A stretch of 64,000 nucleotides of DNA from Octopus bimaculoides (taxonomy: Eukaryota), in assembly GCF_001194135.2 (NCBI RefSeq), contig NC_068981.1:70361831-70425830 (forward strand), in the 5' to 3' direction. The position numbers and the translations under genes are program-made. Numbering within the stretch: position 1 is the first letter of the stretch; each line of letters opens with the position of its first letter. Below, in pieces: positions 50,140 through 63,932 of this stretch. Under the pieces are notes generated by a model that saw nothing but the letters and a program-made list of their open reading frames with translations, searched no databases and was not told where the DNA came from.

Positions 50140-50440
50140 GATGCGACCCGATATCCTTAGCGTCAGTCTTACTCCTTTAACATTTTAACACCCTCCTTAG
50201 AATTCTTGCTGTTCCTAACAGGGTTTTTTTCTGCAACATTCCCGCTCTGGTGGTAATTCCCACTCTCTCATGCCAAGCATCCATCTTTTTCTAACTGGTT
50301 TCAGTGCGACAACCACAATCGGAACCACTTCTCCGTGCCCGATTCTCCATAGTTCCCTCATTCCCCACTTCAGCTTCTGATATTTCTCCACTTTCCTTCT
50401 AAGTTACCCTGTGTCAATACCCATACTAATTGTTTTATTT
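50140..50440 (-). mobile_element. R2/R4-type LINE 3' end remnant
   Basis: EKYQKLKWGMRELW...EVVPIVV and ..TLLGTARILRRVL in adjacent frames. Confidence 0.55.
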
Positions 50441-52214
50441 TTCTTTTCTGATACCAGAGTAGGGAATATTGAAAACCTATAAAAACAATACGGCCACGTT
50501 AGTAAGATTGTAACGGATCTCCTATCCACATTAGAAGTTGAGGATTTTGGAGTTGTACCTTAACTCCTTCTACACACTTTCACTCGCCCCGGAATTTGCT
50601 GAATGAAAACTCCAACAGTTACAATTGATATAAATATATTATTATGCATTTCTACTTCATGAATAAAGCATAAGTATCTGCAAGTGACAATATCTGACTT
50701 GAGAATCTATTAAATCTATTAAAGTAAAATAAAACAGTACAAAGAGTAAATATAGATAAAGCGATTTGATAGAAAAGGAAAGTATGGTTTCTTTTTCTTT
50801 CTTACAATGAAATTTAGCTACACAAAAAGAAAATCCAGCCCCGAACTGGAATACGCAGGGTATATAGTATAAGAATACAAACATGACTAGTGATAATAGA
50901 TGGATTGCAAATGGTAAAGGGGTAAATTATTTTTAAAATTAAAATCATACCCGCGTCTGTAACATTATGCAAAGTCTAAAATTATTTTTAGACAGAACAC
51001 ACACTTTTATGCACACACTATTATACCAGTAACAAAAGCCAAACATAAGGAAAAAGAAAATTAGTTTCCCAATACGATAATGCAGCACACAGAGAATGAA
51101 TGCACTACATTTCCAATTCACAGAAGACAAATTGAACCCAACAAATAAATGGGATACTAAATTAATACAAGGCAAAATGAAACATACAACACGGCAACGG
51201 TAAATTTTATATAATAAGCCATCACCCTACCACACGAATAAAAGACAATGCATTATATACATCAAATACACAGTGACGGTATAAACATATCTTTCGATCA
51301 TACGTGCGTGGTATTTGTGGATGCGTTCGCTATTGTGTTCGTGGGTGCGGTGGAAACAGTTGCAGTCATGTTGATCTTGCATGCGGGTTGGGGAAAGAAA
51401 TTTCTGCCTTCGTGGTGACTTCAGGAATTAATTGTAGGCGGTTATTTTTTTTTTATATTTCTCTCTTCTTCATTGCACAAAGCCAGAAATTTTTGTGGCA
51501 CTGTAGTTATTCGTAGTGTTGTAGTTATCTGTTCTATTGTTATTACTTCTACATTTATTGCCCAACATTTTGCTGGCAACTGTTATGAATTTTATTAAAT
51601 ACGATGTCATTTTCATCGCTTTGACTTTTTGCTGTTATTAATATTTTTGTTTGCACCTCCTCCCTATCGCTCTTCATGTTTTTAGCTTTGACTTTCAATA
51701 CATTTTTCACATCCCCCTTCATTGCATTATCAATCTTCGTCTTCTTGATGTTATGTTGTTTGTGTTATGGATGTTGATTTAGTCTCTGCTCCTAGTATTA
51801 TTCCTAGTTTCATACATTATATTGCAGCAGAGTATCACTGTGAACGTTGACTTAATTCATTAATACTACTAACACGTTTTCTCCAATACCTGGGAATAAA
51901 TATTTGTTATTATTCTCTGAAGTCAAATTTACTGAGGCGTTTGACAGTATAAACGTCAACGGTATGACCATGGCTGCTTTCTACAGCACGACTCTTGTTT
52001 ATTGTCAACAGTGGTCCTGACGTAATTGAAGATGTATTATCTGCTTGATTGCTGACGGCTGGAAAATATATTTACGACATTTTCTCATAGTAAATTAGTT
52101 CAAAAATTCAAAAATATATATTCATAATTTTTACGTATTAATTTATGGAAACGGGGTTACAGCCAGCGAAGCTTCACAGTATATTATCAGCATAGGTTGA
52201 TTAAAAAGTAATAT

Positions 52215-53645
52215 TGATTTCTTTATTAATCACAAGGTGTTTACATTAAGACAAAACACTAAGTACAGTACAGGGTAGAACATTGAATGTATGCGTATGT
52301 TTGTGCGTGCGCATTGGTGTGAGCGTTTTGTGTGTAAACATGTTTAACAAATAAACCAGTAATAAGATTTTAACAATGAATGTTCCTCAATAGGGATGAG
52401 ACGCTCGAGGGTTGTTCATGGAACAACCCTGTAAAACCCACCGGTAGCTTTAAATCTCGGGTGGTCGAGTCTTCTCACCTCTTTAGATCTGATTTATTGG
52501 CGTATGCTCAGATCAGGCCTGTTCACATATCTCATGCTCGCCATTTTTGTCCACCTTCAAAATATCACTGGAAGGCAACAATTCCCCCTCCACCCTTATT
52601 TTCCACATTGATGAGGGATTGGTCAAAGAGGGAAGTACTTGTCTTCAGCCCATTTAATCGCGTCCACCATACAACTTCTTTGCCCTTGACCACAAGGTAC
52701 AGGAAAACTGCTTCATCTTCGTTGAGGGTGGTGGGGTGGCTTTAACGAAGGATTCAGTTGATAGACAGATCTGTCCAATACCTGACAGAAAGTGTTCGAT
52801 ATAGACGCACTGGTCAGCAATGCTCGTGCACTGGACCAGGGTGCTGTCGTCGTGTATATCTTGGACAAACTTAGCTGACGGCACTTCTGTACCTGCAGGG
52901 TTTATCTCGAACCAGCAAAACAACCTGGTAGTACCGTCAGGCCATGAACTTCTGGAAGTCACCCATCGGCCCTGGGCCAAAACTTCTCCGGGAGAGGAGG
53001 GCTAGTTGATCGTCTTCGATGGCCAGGCTTCCTCAAGGACCTTGTCACTCTTATATGCTACTTATCCTCTATAGAACGCTAGCTTTCCACCTACTGCAAT
53101 ACCTTACTTGCTGAAGTAAATTCTCTTCATCTTTGCTTGACACAGAACTACAGTTCCGTCAAAGAGACGATCTGGGAGAACGAGCGTCCAGTGAATGGTG
53201 ATAACACCTACTCATCATCAAACAAGCGCTGGCGATGTCGTATCCAGAATCCATGCATGTGCATCATCAGCCATGGCATGTACAGTGGCCCACGCAGCAG
53301 ATGCTGATAGTAGATGGATCACCTGACCATGGGAATGTCCCCTTTCTACATGAAGAAAATTGTATACAGTCTAATTCTTCCAAACCAGAACCGAGACAAG
53401 GCACGTTAACCACCCCTGCCCGACCTTTCAAGGACAACTTCCTCTCGGCCCATTTCTGAGTGAGAGTAAACATCTTGCTCGTTACATCGTTGCAGTTTTT
53501 GTTTGTCTGGAAGCCCGGACCCAACAAGACTCTAAGCAGTATAAACGGTCAGTCCATCCAGCGCCCAAAATCGCAGTTGGACGGCATGGACGTGCTTCTG
53601 CAGGTACCGAGCTGCAAGCCCACTAGGTTTTCCTTGTTTATTTTC
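52215..53645 (-). mobile_element. L1/Tx1-clade LINE, 5'-truncated 3' portion
   Basis: GLQLGT, GPGFQ, QKWAERKLSLKGRAGVVN and a downstream Cys-containing region; minus-strand AATAAAG near 52220. Confidence 0.7.
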
Positions 53646-54093
53646 ACTCTTGATATCGCTTTGTACTACCTAAGTTCAGTGCTGATTATCTCAGTGTGTT
53701 TGATGTTCGACACCATTACCGTAACGACTTCGGCATATGCCATAATATAAAAAATGACATTAGTGAAAGAAACAACACATTCCATACCATGAAGAATATG
53801 TAGACTCACACAAGATATACCCCTGAGTAATAAATGAAATTAGTATTATAATGTTGACATCGAACAAAACAAAGATCTTATAATACCAACACTACAGAAT
53901 CCTGCTTTAGTATAAAATATATCAAGCGAACCTCTACCTCTGAAATAGAAACAACAAAATGCCAAATCCTTATTACACGTATTTTTCACAACAGTGAACA
54001 CTGTAATAATGTCTTCAACAAGAATATAAAATCTGTGACAAAAATCTTCATGGTGTAGTATAGAAACACAGTACCACATGGACAAAAAATCGA

Positions 54094-54207
54094 GAAGAAG
54101 AAGAAGAAGAAGAAGAAGAAGAAGAAGAAGAAGAAGAAGAAGAAGAAGAAGAAGAAGAAGAAGAAGAAGAAGAAGAAGAAGAAGAAGAAGAAGAAGAAGA
54201 AGAAGAA
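54094..54207. repeat. Pure (GAA)38 trinucleotide repeat
   Basis: Read directly; it generates the poly-R and poly-L ORFs in the track. Confidence 0.98.
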
Positions 54208-54911
54208 AATTGTTTCGCGTTAACGAAAATTTTGATATCACGGTTAAAGATAGTAAGGTATCATGCAAATCTTTTGAAGTTTTAATCTATATTAATGCGC
54301 TGTCATGCTCCAAATTATGAAACACCAACTTGTCGACTTACGTGTTGTTTAGCATGTATTACTTTATTTAAAGTACTAAATCAACGTACTAATCCTTTTT
54401 TTTTTTTTTGAAGATTGTATCTAAATTTTCCGTCCCTCTGCGTTACAGTAATTGATGCTGCTAGCTGATGTTTCTGTTACTCTCTTTTTGTACCAATTTC
54501 TTGTAAATTACATCCCGTTCTAACTGTGAGAAGGAATTTGTTGAGAAAATGAGAGTCAAGAAACCTCCCAAGGGAAAGTAATTGTGACATTTTCCTAGTG
54601 TCGCCTCAGAGCAGTTTTATACTTTATAAATGGAGAATATTGTTGGATTCCCCCTTTAAAATCTCCTACACATGTCACCTATGAAGGAGGTGCTTAGGGA
54701 TTCTACCCCCACGATACTCTCAGAAATAGAGAGTGGAGACGGTGAATAGACATGTCACAGCTAAACTTGCTGGTCTATCTAAATACCTCATCTCAGTATC
54801 CTCAACAGAACACTGTTCTGGTATTGTTGTGTCGTCTTGTTGATTATAGAAATCTATATATTTTCCCACCCAGCCATATATTACCGCAATTAATGTTAGC
54901 GCAGAAAAAGG

Positions 54912-55227
54912 TGCACTCCGTCGGTTACGACAACGAGGGTCCCAACTGATACGATCAACGGAACGCGTGAAATTAACGTGCAAGTGACTGAGCAATCCAC
55001 AGACACGCGTACCCCTAACGTAGTTCTCAGGGAGATTCAGCGTGACACAGAGTGTGACAAAGCCGGCCCTTTGAAATACAGCTACTACTCATTTTTACCA
55101 GCTGAGTGGACTGGAGCAACGTGAAATAAAGTGTCTTGCTGAAGGACACAACGCGTCGCCGGGAATTTAACTCACGACCTTGCGATCGTGAGCCGAATGC
55201 CCTAACCACTAAGCCACGCGCCTTCAC
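54912..55227 (-). mobile_element. tRNA-derived SINE family 3, near full length
   Basis: Minus-strand head GGCGCGTGGCTTAGTGGTTAGGG (A box TGGCTTAGTGG) ... GAGTTAAATTCCC (decayed B box), then a central domain TTGTGTCCTTCAGCAAGACACTTTATTTCACGTTGCTCCAGTCCACTCAGCTGG. A related head lies at ~58195-58340. Confidence 0.85.
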
Positions 55228-55569
55228 CAGCGCTGACCAACCGGACATAATGCACAATGAAATTACCATCAGCTAGAGTCACGTTATCAACGACATCCTC
55301 ATTGGTGATCCTCGTATTTCGTCATTCCTTTTATTTTGGGACAAATTTATGTGCGGATGTATCTTTTTACTTGTTTTTAAATGCTCCTTCCTTAACAGTG
55401 AATCCAATTTATATTATACTATATCAAGGATCTCTTCCAATGAAAGAATTCTCATATTAATTGTCCTCTGGAAGGCAAAATTGATATTTTTTTTCAGTTC
55501 CCGTGCATTTTTTTTTTTTTTTTGTAGAGATATACCCAGCTATAGACAGCATTTAACCCAGATACCTAC

Positions 55570-55790
55570 CTCCTTAGTTTGCAAGCTGTTGTATGCGATA
55601 AGGAAGAAAGAAAAGTCATTAGATAAGACAGGTGAGCTTGGGAGGTTAAGCAGTTCTGGTCGATGAAAAATGTGGTAGTAGTACCAATAATTGTCGGAGC
55701 CCTGAGAAGAGTGAGTAAAATTATTGAGAAGTACATGGAAAAAGCGTGTCACAAACAAAGCAAAACAATAACAAAACAATTTTCTTTGAA
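55570..55790 (+). mobile_element. RLE-LINE 3' end fragment, same family as 57850-58078
   Basis: Shares GTATGCGATAAGGAAGAAA..GGTTAAGCAGTTCTGGTCGATGAAA..TGGTAGTAG with the downstream element. Confidence 0.7.
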
Positions 55791-55869
55791 CTAACACAGG
55801 CGGAGTGAACAATTCCTAAGCTTAAAATACAACAAAGAAATTATTCCCGGAGATAAATCTATCAACAAA

Positions 55870-58078
55870 AATAATAAATTCGAATACCGTTCTGTTAGCC
55901 TTATGAAATTACGTTACAAGGAACGTTTTCATTTAAAGAAATCGGAGGCGGTGTTGTCTCAGAACGTTAACGCTAAACAGACAGATCCTCCCCCTAATGT
56001 CAACATCCCAGCTCTTCATCTCTCAATGATAACAAAGGAAAATAATCACCGGTTTTCCGCCCCTGTCCAGCATGGGCCGTGCACCCCAGTGAGGAACCAG
56101 ACTGGAGGAGAAAAATCAGCTTCTAGTACAAATCTTGCCGAAACACAGGAGCTGGAAGTACCCCACAACCGGAATATTCGAACAGATGGCCATTCACGCT
56201 CAACATCGAATAATCAAATAGAAAGGAATGAAAATGGTCCACAGAAGATAAATAAAGACGTTTTTAAGGATTTCTATCGTGCCGTGTATCTCCCTACAAA
56301 TAAATCCAGTGCTGAACAAATCTATCTTAAGTGGAGAGAGAAGGACCTTGAAGTAACATCCTATATGGATTGTAACAAGCCAACGACAGAAGAAGCAAAA
56401 AACAAAAAGAAGAAATTACGAAACGAATTAGAGATTGACCAGATTAAACAATCAGTAATGAATAAAAGTAACAATGTTATAGCTAAAGAAGATACTACTG
56501 CAGAAGTAATTATAGACCAGCCCAATTCTGACGAAAAAGAAGTAATGATGGAAAGTGTCATCGTAACTGATAAGCAAAGTGAAATACTTTCCGAACCGGC
56601 CACAAATGTCAAGGGGAGAGGAAAATTAAATAGATAATGAAAATCACTCAGAAATGGACTCAACTCAACTAGATGATTTTAAAAAATCAAATCATTATTG
56701 AATGGCTAAAAATTAAAGAAAGCAGTATGAATGAACGTGACATCCTCTAAGTCCTCAACGATTCTATGAGGTGAAAAGATTAGAAAACGAAAACATTCAA
56801 ACAAAAAGCCTATTTGGGAAGAGCGTATCCAACAATAAATTCAGTTATTTGATCTGACATAGAATATTTAAAAAACTGTAAGGTTGAGAAGAATATCAAA
56901 CCAACAAAAAATCCGAAAATTAAAGAAAAATTATAATATGAAAACCATACTTGACATCGATACCTCCATAGAAACTACTAAGCAAACGGCATCGGCTAAA
57001 GCTCTCTCGCATAGCGCGGTATGAAAAACACGTTAGGTTCTTCAAGGACAACAACACGTTTAAAAAGGATCCAAAATATTTTTACAGGAAGATAGATAAA
57101 AATATCAGTTACAGTAAAATCTGTCCCATCAAAGTCCAGGAATTTGGGAATAAAAATAGAGTAGAACAAAAAGGGCACAATAAAAAGGCTCCTTGGATTC
57201 ATAGTATATCTACTGACTCAGCTTCCTTGGAAGAGGAAAAGTGGGAGAATATCAAAGGAGGGCACGTAAGATCTGCTCTCAAGAAATGGATGTTTCCAGG
57301 AAAGGATAAAATTCCTAATTTCTGGTTCAATACTTTCCCAAAGAGTCATGAACTGCTGACAGAATTTTACAACTATGTTTTGCAGCAACCTGATGCGATA
57401 CCTTCTTGGCTAGTAAATGGTGTTACATTTTTCCTTCCAAAAAGGTGAAGAAACAATTGAACCAAAAAAATTGTAGACCCATGACCTGATTAACAGCAAT
57501 GTATAAAATACTAACATCTGTCTTGACAGAATATACAGCATATTACCAGTCAATGTATGGCATATTACCAGTCAATGTATGGCATATTACCAGTCAATGT
57601 ACGCCAATAGCCCAGAAAGAATATAAGAGACGACATAACAGTATAGCAAGGATTGTCCATTGGACACTTTGCAACAAGTTTAGACGTGACAAAGCAAAAA
57701 TTGATACGAACATAAACCCGTAGGCATCAGTGAATTTCATAATGCAAAGATCCTGTGGGATTTTATGATTCAGTGCGAGCATAAGATAGAGAATAGGAAA
57801 CCGGACATAGTGTTAATTGAGAACGAAAGCAAACTATGCTGGATCATAGATATAGCATGCCCAGCTGACAACAAGGTATGCGATAAGGAAGAAAAAAAGT
57901 CGATTGATATGACAGGTTAAGCAGTTCTGGTCGATGAAAGATTTGGTAGTAGCACCTGTAATTATTGGATCCTTGGGAACATTAAGCAAAACGTTTGAAA
58001 AGTACATGGAACAAATAGTGGCTGTAATAAGAGTGGAGCACTTACAGAAAACAGCTCTGCTTGAAACCGCTCGAATAG
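55870..58078 (+). mobile_element. R4/Dong-type LINE with an N-terminal ORF (55903-56637), RT start, a large internal deletion and the RLE end
   Basis: N-terminal FYRA..IYLKWRE..LEIDQIK; RT PGKDKIPNFW..PSWLVNGVTFFLPK..RP..MYKILT; then a direct jump to HITSQC..EYKRRHN, ILWDF..RKPDIV..IIDIACP and LQKTALLETARI. Confidence 0.8.
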
Positions 58079-58084
58079 TTAGTT

Positions 58085-59135
58085 TTTCATTGGTACTCAA
58101 TTTTTCGATCCCGAAAGGATGAATGGTATAGTAGACCTCGGCGGAATTTGAACGCGGAACTCCCTGCATCAAGTCGATGTTGCCTGAACAGGTGCATGGT
58201 GTACCACATTTCAGGTGTCAAAGCGATCGCAGAGCGACGTGAGGTGAAGTGTTTTGCTCAAGAACACAATCCGCCAATCGGTCTAGAAATTGAAACCACA
58301 ATCTTGCGATCGTGAATACAACACCCTAGCCTCTAGCCCATATATTTTTGTATTTATGTATCCATTTGTGTGTGCAGTGAGTTGTTTTGTTTTATTTTCT
58401 TTGTATGAGTTTTCAGAAGTCTGTTTCTGGAGAAAAATTTAATTGTTCACTTGTTTTAGTTTAGTTTTGAGGTTACATATTTCTTCTTTCATTAGTAAAC
58501 AACGTGTGCCTCTTTTACGTGGTTATATCCGTATAGCTCTTGTTTCTTTTCCTGGTCACTACTATAAATCAAATCTTGTTGTGGCTTAATGATTTCAGAG
58601 AAGGTATTTTTCTAGCATGTTTTTTATCTATGCTCCCTGGTATAACTTCATTAGTGTCTTGGCACCGCATTCAGCATATTCCTATTACCGAAGTATACAG
58701 TTGTTTTCGACGACTGTGATATTGATTTCAAATTTTGGCACTAGGCCAGTACATTCAGGGAGAGGACAAGTCGATTACATCGAACACAGTGTTCAACTGG
58801 TACTTATTTTATCAACCTCGAAAGTATGAAAGACAATTGAACTCTGAATGTGAATGTAAAGACAGACGAAATGCGGCTAGGCTTTTTGCAGTGTTCCTAA
58901 CGATCCTGCTAGCTCGTCGGATTATTGCAGACTGTAATAACGGTTTTATATTTTGGCACAAGACCAGCAATTCAGGAACGGGATAAGTCGATTGCTTCGT
59001 TCACAGTGCTGACCTGGTACTTAAGTTTTTTCGACACCGAAATGAAGAAAGGCAAAGTCAACCTCTGTGGAATTTAAACTCAAAACGAAATGTCACTAAG
59101 TATTTTTTCGGTATGCTAACGGTTCTGCCAGCACA
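58085..59135 (-). mobile_element. Cluster of decayed SINEs (family 2 at ~58085-58155, ~58730-58920, ~58950-59135; family-3-like at ~58195-58340)
   Basis: Reverse complements of the GTACCAG / GTCGA / TTCCGCCGAGGTC / CTGGCAGAACCGTTAGC blocks recur. Confidence 0.7.
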
Positions 59136-62100
59136 ACGCACTACCACTGACTGTAATATTGGATACAGTTCTTGATAAGTCAAGAGGCATGGAGTCAGTC
59201 ATGAAAGAGCACAGACATAAATGATGTTGTTCTAGCCAATGCATCTGCATTCTCAAGCTATTTATCAAGGATCATAGTATCTTATATATCTTACCAAATA
59301 TTAGGATGTGATATGAGGTATTATTGACTCTTATGTCGAGCAGTCGAAGTAAATCTATTATACTAATATATTTTTGATAGAATGCGCTTTATGCTATTGA
59401 GAAAGGTGAATATTACATTTAAATTCAACTTTTATTTGCAAGTAAGAAGAATAACATTATATAGCAATATTTGCATTAACAATTTAATTCTTTACCTTCG
59501 TTTCAGAACTTTTATTTTATTTTGCTTCCATCGCCAGTAATTCTTTCACTCTCATATCATTATATATACACATAAAATACACATAAAAGTCCATTAATAT
59601 TGTATAAAACAATTTTATAATAGCTGTTTCAGCACAATATAGCTTAAGTCGAAATGTGAGGTGCTAAAATAAATTTGAATTAGGATATAGCTACATGGAA
59701 AGAGATGCATTTATTTTGTAGGTCAATTTTACATTCTACGTTGTCCAACTATATCTCGTTGTTAAATGCTTCCTTACTTCTATTTCCATATAAAAAAGAC
59801 ATACCTTATCTTTGAGTTGATAAAGCATAGTTGTATATATAATTCATAATTTGCAGACGAAATCAATAGGAACACTAGAATGTAAAAACATTTACTGTAT
59901 TATAAAAGAGAATTAACGTGGCGATTGATAAGGAATTGTTGTAGCAAGCTTATCATATGTTGGCCAAAGGAGAGAAAAGAATTAGGTCAGAGCAATAATA
60001 TATTCAAATTGCTTTTTTTTCTTTTTACATAGGTAGACAAATAAACGTGTGAAGTGAGCATCAACTATGTAAACGGGCCCTGTGTAATATGTTCGTCCTT
60101 TATTCTTATTTTCTAATCTATTGCTTTCTGTCCCTGCTAGAATACTAAAATATTTTAGTCGTCAAGAGAAATATATCCCTGTGAATCAAATAATATGCAA
60201 TATAATATATAAAGTTTGAATGGTAAAAAACTGGTGAAATATCTAACTTATCTGCGTTTCCTTTGAAATTTGAACACTGGGCTATCATTTTTTCTTATAA
60301 TTTAAGCTACTTTTTACGGCTGAGAACAACTGTATTTTCATATCCACCTTATCATTCGAATATTATTTTTGCAAGCTGTATAGATCTCTACATGCGCTTT
60401 AGAATGGGTAATATCTAAACTACATTTTCCATGTGATTAAAAAGTTTTATAGCTGCCAGTAAACGTAATGTTTATCTTTACTAGTTCCCATGTTCTTTGA
60501 TAGTCTTGCTGACTTTAGGTATTTGGAATCCAAGGTAATCATCTGGTTTTATAGTTATTTTGTTTCACTCACTTTATTATCCTAATTATTTTTTGTTTTA
60601 TATCTTCTGTGGATTGTTCAATGTTGTATAGTCATCAGTCAGCTCTGAAAGCACATTCATATATCACTATGTATAACAATGATCCTTTTGATCCCATTAT
60701 AACATTTGAGGACAAGTCTATTCTTCCATCATGCACTAAAGAAGTCTTTATATTTTTAGTGTGTTCCGATCCTGTATGTTTCTCTATAAGTTATTGCAGT
60801 TGAATATACCAGTATATATAAGTTCTGCTGATGAATTTGAATTCTGCTCAGGACAAAATTGCTATCAATTTGAGTTGGGCTGTTTGAATTTCTTTTGTTT
60901 TTATTTTTGCTTTACTACCGACTGATTGAGGACAGTCCTAGGATTATGAATTTTGCATTAGTTTCCAATGTTCTTACTTTCGTGGTACATCGGAGTTTGA
61001 ATTAATAAAAACATTATAGTGCACATCATTTGGAAAGTTAAAACTATATTTTAAGGTTAAAATATGGACATAAATTATGGGGAATTATTTCCTACATTAT
61101 TTTATTAATTGTTAATTACACTTGTGTATAACAATGTTAAGAAAAGTAAGATTTTCAAGATACTTAAGATATAGAACCCCGTTATTACCATGTGTCTGAA
61201 AATCCATTGTGCATCCAGTAACTACTTGCCATACGTCAGTTTACCACAGTTACCACACTTGTGAACCCCTTACCTCGACGCTCGATAGAAAAAAGTTCAT
61301 CATTCGCTTTTCCTTTCTCTCCTCAGTAGTTGCACTGAAGAAGTGAATGTGGAAATGTGCTTGGACATTGTGCATAGCTATATTAATTGAAGTTATTTTG
61401 ATGTAAGATACCATATGTCCGCTATTAGAATATTCGATACTGCTAATTACTTTTCATACCTAATTAAGTTTTTCAAAGATATTATTAAGATGATATTTCC
61501 GATAATTTAATATCATTTTAAAATTTATATATCTACAACGTTTATCTTTGGACCATTTTCGATACGTTTAGCCTCAGATCGCCATCAGATTTATTATTCT
61601 AACCAGAATATGTTTTCAGCCAAGAACAATGTATATACTCTCATACATATCACCATAGAGTAATCGAAGATCGAACTGATCTTTTGTTAGTTTTATTTGT
61701 TGTTGTCTTGTTTAGTCGCTTGGCGTTAAAGCATAATTTAATTAAATGATTTGTTTATAATTTCATTATATTAACGCTTTTAATTGTGCAATTAAAAATT
61801 CATTTTACGGCGCCTGAAGAATTTGTTTATTTGTTCATTGTTATTTGTTGGTTGTAAGCGCGCTTGCGGACTATAATTGTGTCTCTCTATGGCAACGTCT
61901 GCTTTATGTTTTTTTTTGTTTTTTTTTTCAGGTTTGGTAAAGTATTCTGTCTCGTTCATTTACAAATGTACGCTATGACTATGATGAAGATAAATATTGT
62001 GATTTTGAGTGGCATTTATACTAAGCTTATATAATTTAATGAGAAAAAAGATAAACTGTGAGCTCCAGACGAAACAATCTTTTGTATAATATATTTGTAT

Positions 62101-63891
62101 CTTATTGACATAATTTACCAGTATCTGTGTTCTAAGCCCGTAAAGAATCTGGCAACAATATTCTCAGTAAGATCACCTTCGCTGCTTATATTGTTTGTTA
62201 AGTTTAAGAACACCAGTGAAAAAAAAAATATATTAAAATTTTTAAAAAATATAACAAAATGAATTTCAGTTTAATCTTCTTTCAGTCCTGTTGGCATGGT
62301 TGATAACGAAAGTAGACTATGTTAGTGCGACATATATCTGAGATATGAGGAATCCGCTTATTCATAAATGCAGTTAACCTCATTCTCATATTCTGAAACC
62401 GATTCAACTTTCAGAATATGATTGGAAATCAAAGTATAACTACGCCCAATTAACATAAGTCACAGTAGGAAAAATTTGCATTATTATTAGAATTATAGTT
62501 ACTTATAATTGTTTGCATATAACATATATAACCTATAAAGTTATTGAGAGATCATTACAGCAAAAGTCCAAAATGACGATAATGACACTAGAAAATTGAA
62601 AAACGAGCGAATTAAAATAATAGATCGTTTATCATAAAAAAGGTAATCTGATATAAATAATCTAAATATTAACTATAAAATATTACTAAAGTAGTTTTAT
62701 AATAATTGGTAATTTAAAGATTTATGTGAAAAACAAAACATTTGTTAAAGGTTATTAAATTCACTATACTTCATTTTATAAGCAATCGCTAATCTTGGTT
62801 CCAGTACCTCTTACTATTTTTTCATTATATGTGTTAAAACGCTATCCTATATAACATACACAGTAGCATGTGCGAAATGATGGATAAGCTACAGACACCA
62901 TATCATATACATCTAATCGCACACCACTATCTATCGCACTCGCATTCACATTCTTATCAACTTTACCGACTCTTCCCACCCATATATCTAATTTATTCGT
63001 CTTTGCTATCTTACTCTTTTGCTACTCTTGACTAACGTTGATGGCAACAATACTCATTTTATCTCCGACCACTGTCTTTCTTACACTCACTCTTCTCTTT
63101 ACGCTATTTCATTCCCAACATTTTCCTAACTCTCTTCTTAGCATCCAATTATTCTTCTATTTGTCGCTTCCATACACCTTCCGTTAATCCCCTCGCCACA
63201 CTTTACTCTTAATCTATCTGTTTTCTCTTTTATTTCTCTTCCTCTTTCTCTTCGATGTTTCGCCATTTCTATGGCGATCCCCAACATGATCGGAGATGAA
63301 TGACTTAGCCAGTCCACGTGCAGGTATGCCTCGACAACGCATACGTAAGGTCAAATTCAAACATGAAATAGAAGCAGCGCTAGTGCAATAAACATTACCA
63401 ACTACAAATACTAAGGGCACATACACAGCGTATTTGCCGGCAGGTCGCAAGTTGGTGTGGTGGAAACATCAATCTCAAAGCGTCGGATGTTGAAACGCCT
63501 GAAAACTACAAACAGGCGAGCGAGATGACTCACCTCCAATCCCATCCATGAATGATGAACATGGATGTTTCGTACTTTGGGTGGGGGGATTTTTATCGAC
63601 ATCACGCACACACATACACACCGATATATATATATATATATCACAGACTGGAGCGAACACGACACAATCAAGTAGAGAAATTTGAAAAGACAACACGAAA
63701 CCGGTTATTTCTCAAAATACAATGTTTATATACCAAAAAGATTTTATAACATTTTTCTAACATTTCTCTAACATTTTTCTGGCATGATTTAAATATATAC
63801 TTTAACCAAGTAACACAACCCTTCTGTAGTTTTTTCACTGTTATTATATTTTATACATCCAACCACGTGCTTTCACATACCAACTTTCTCA

Positions 63892-63932
<41 letters not shown>

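Noticed and set aside
60500-60950. Minus-strand broken frames faintly like a Penelope RT N-terminus (..IPKVSK..)
   Set aside because: Too many stops and too little motif identity to call without a profile search.
61200-62420. Strong polypyrimidine splice-acceptor-like sites (~61326, ~61931, ~62285; also ~26786)
   Set aside because: Downstream frames close quickly or lack good donors, and no protein is recognisable; such sites are common in T-rich DNA.
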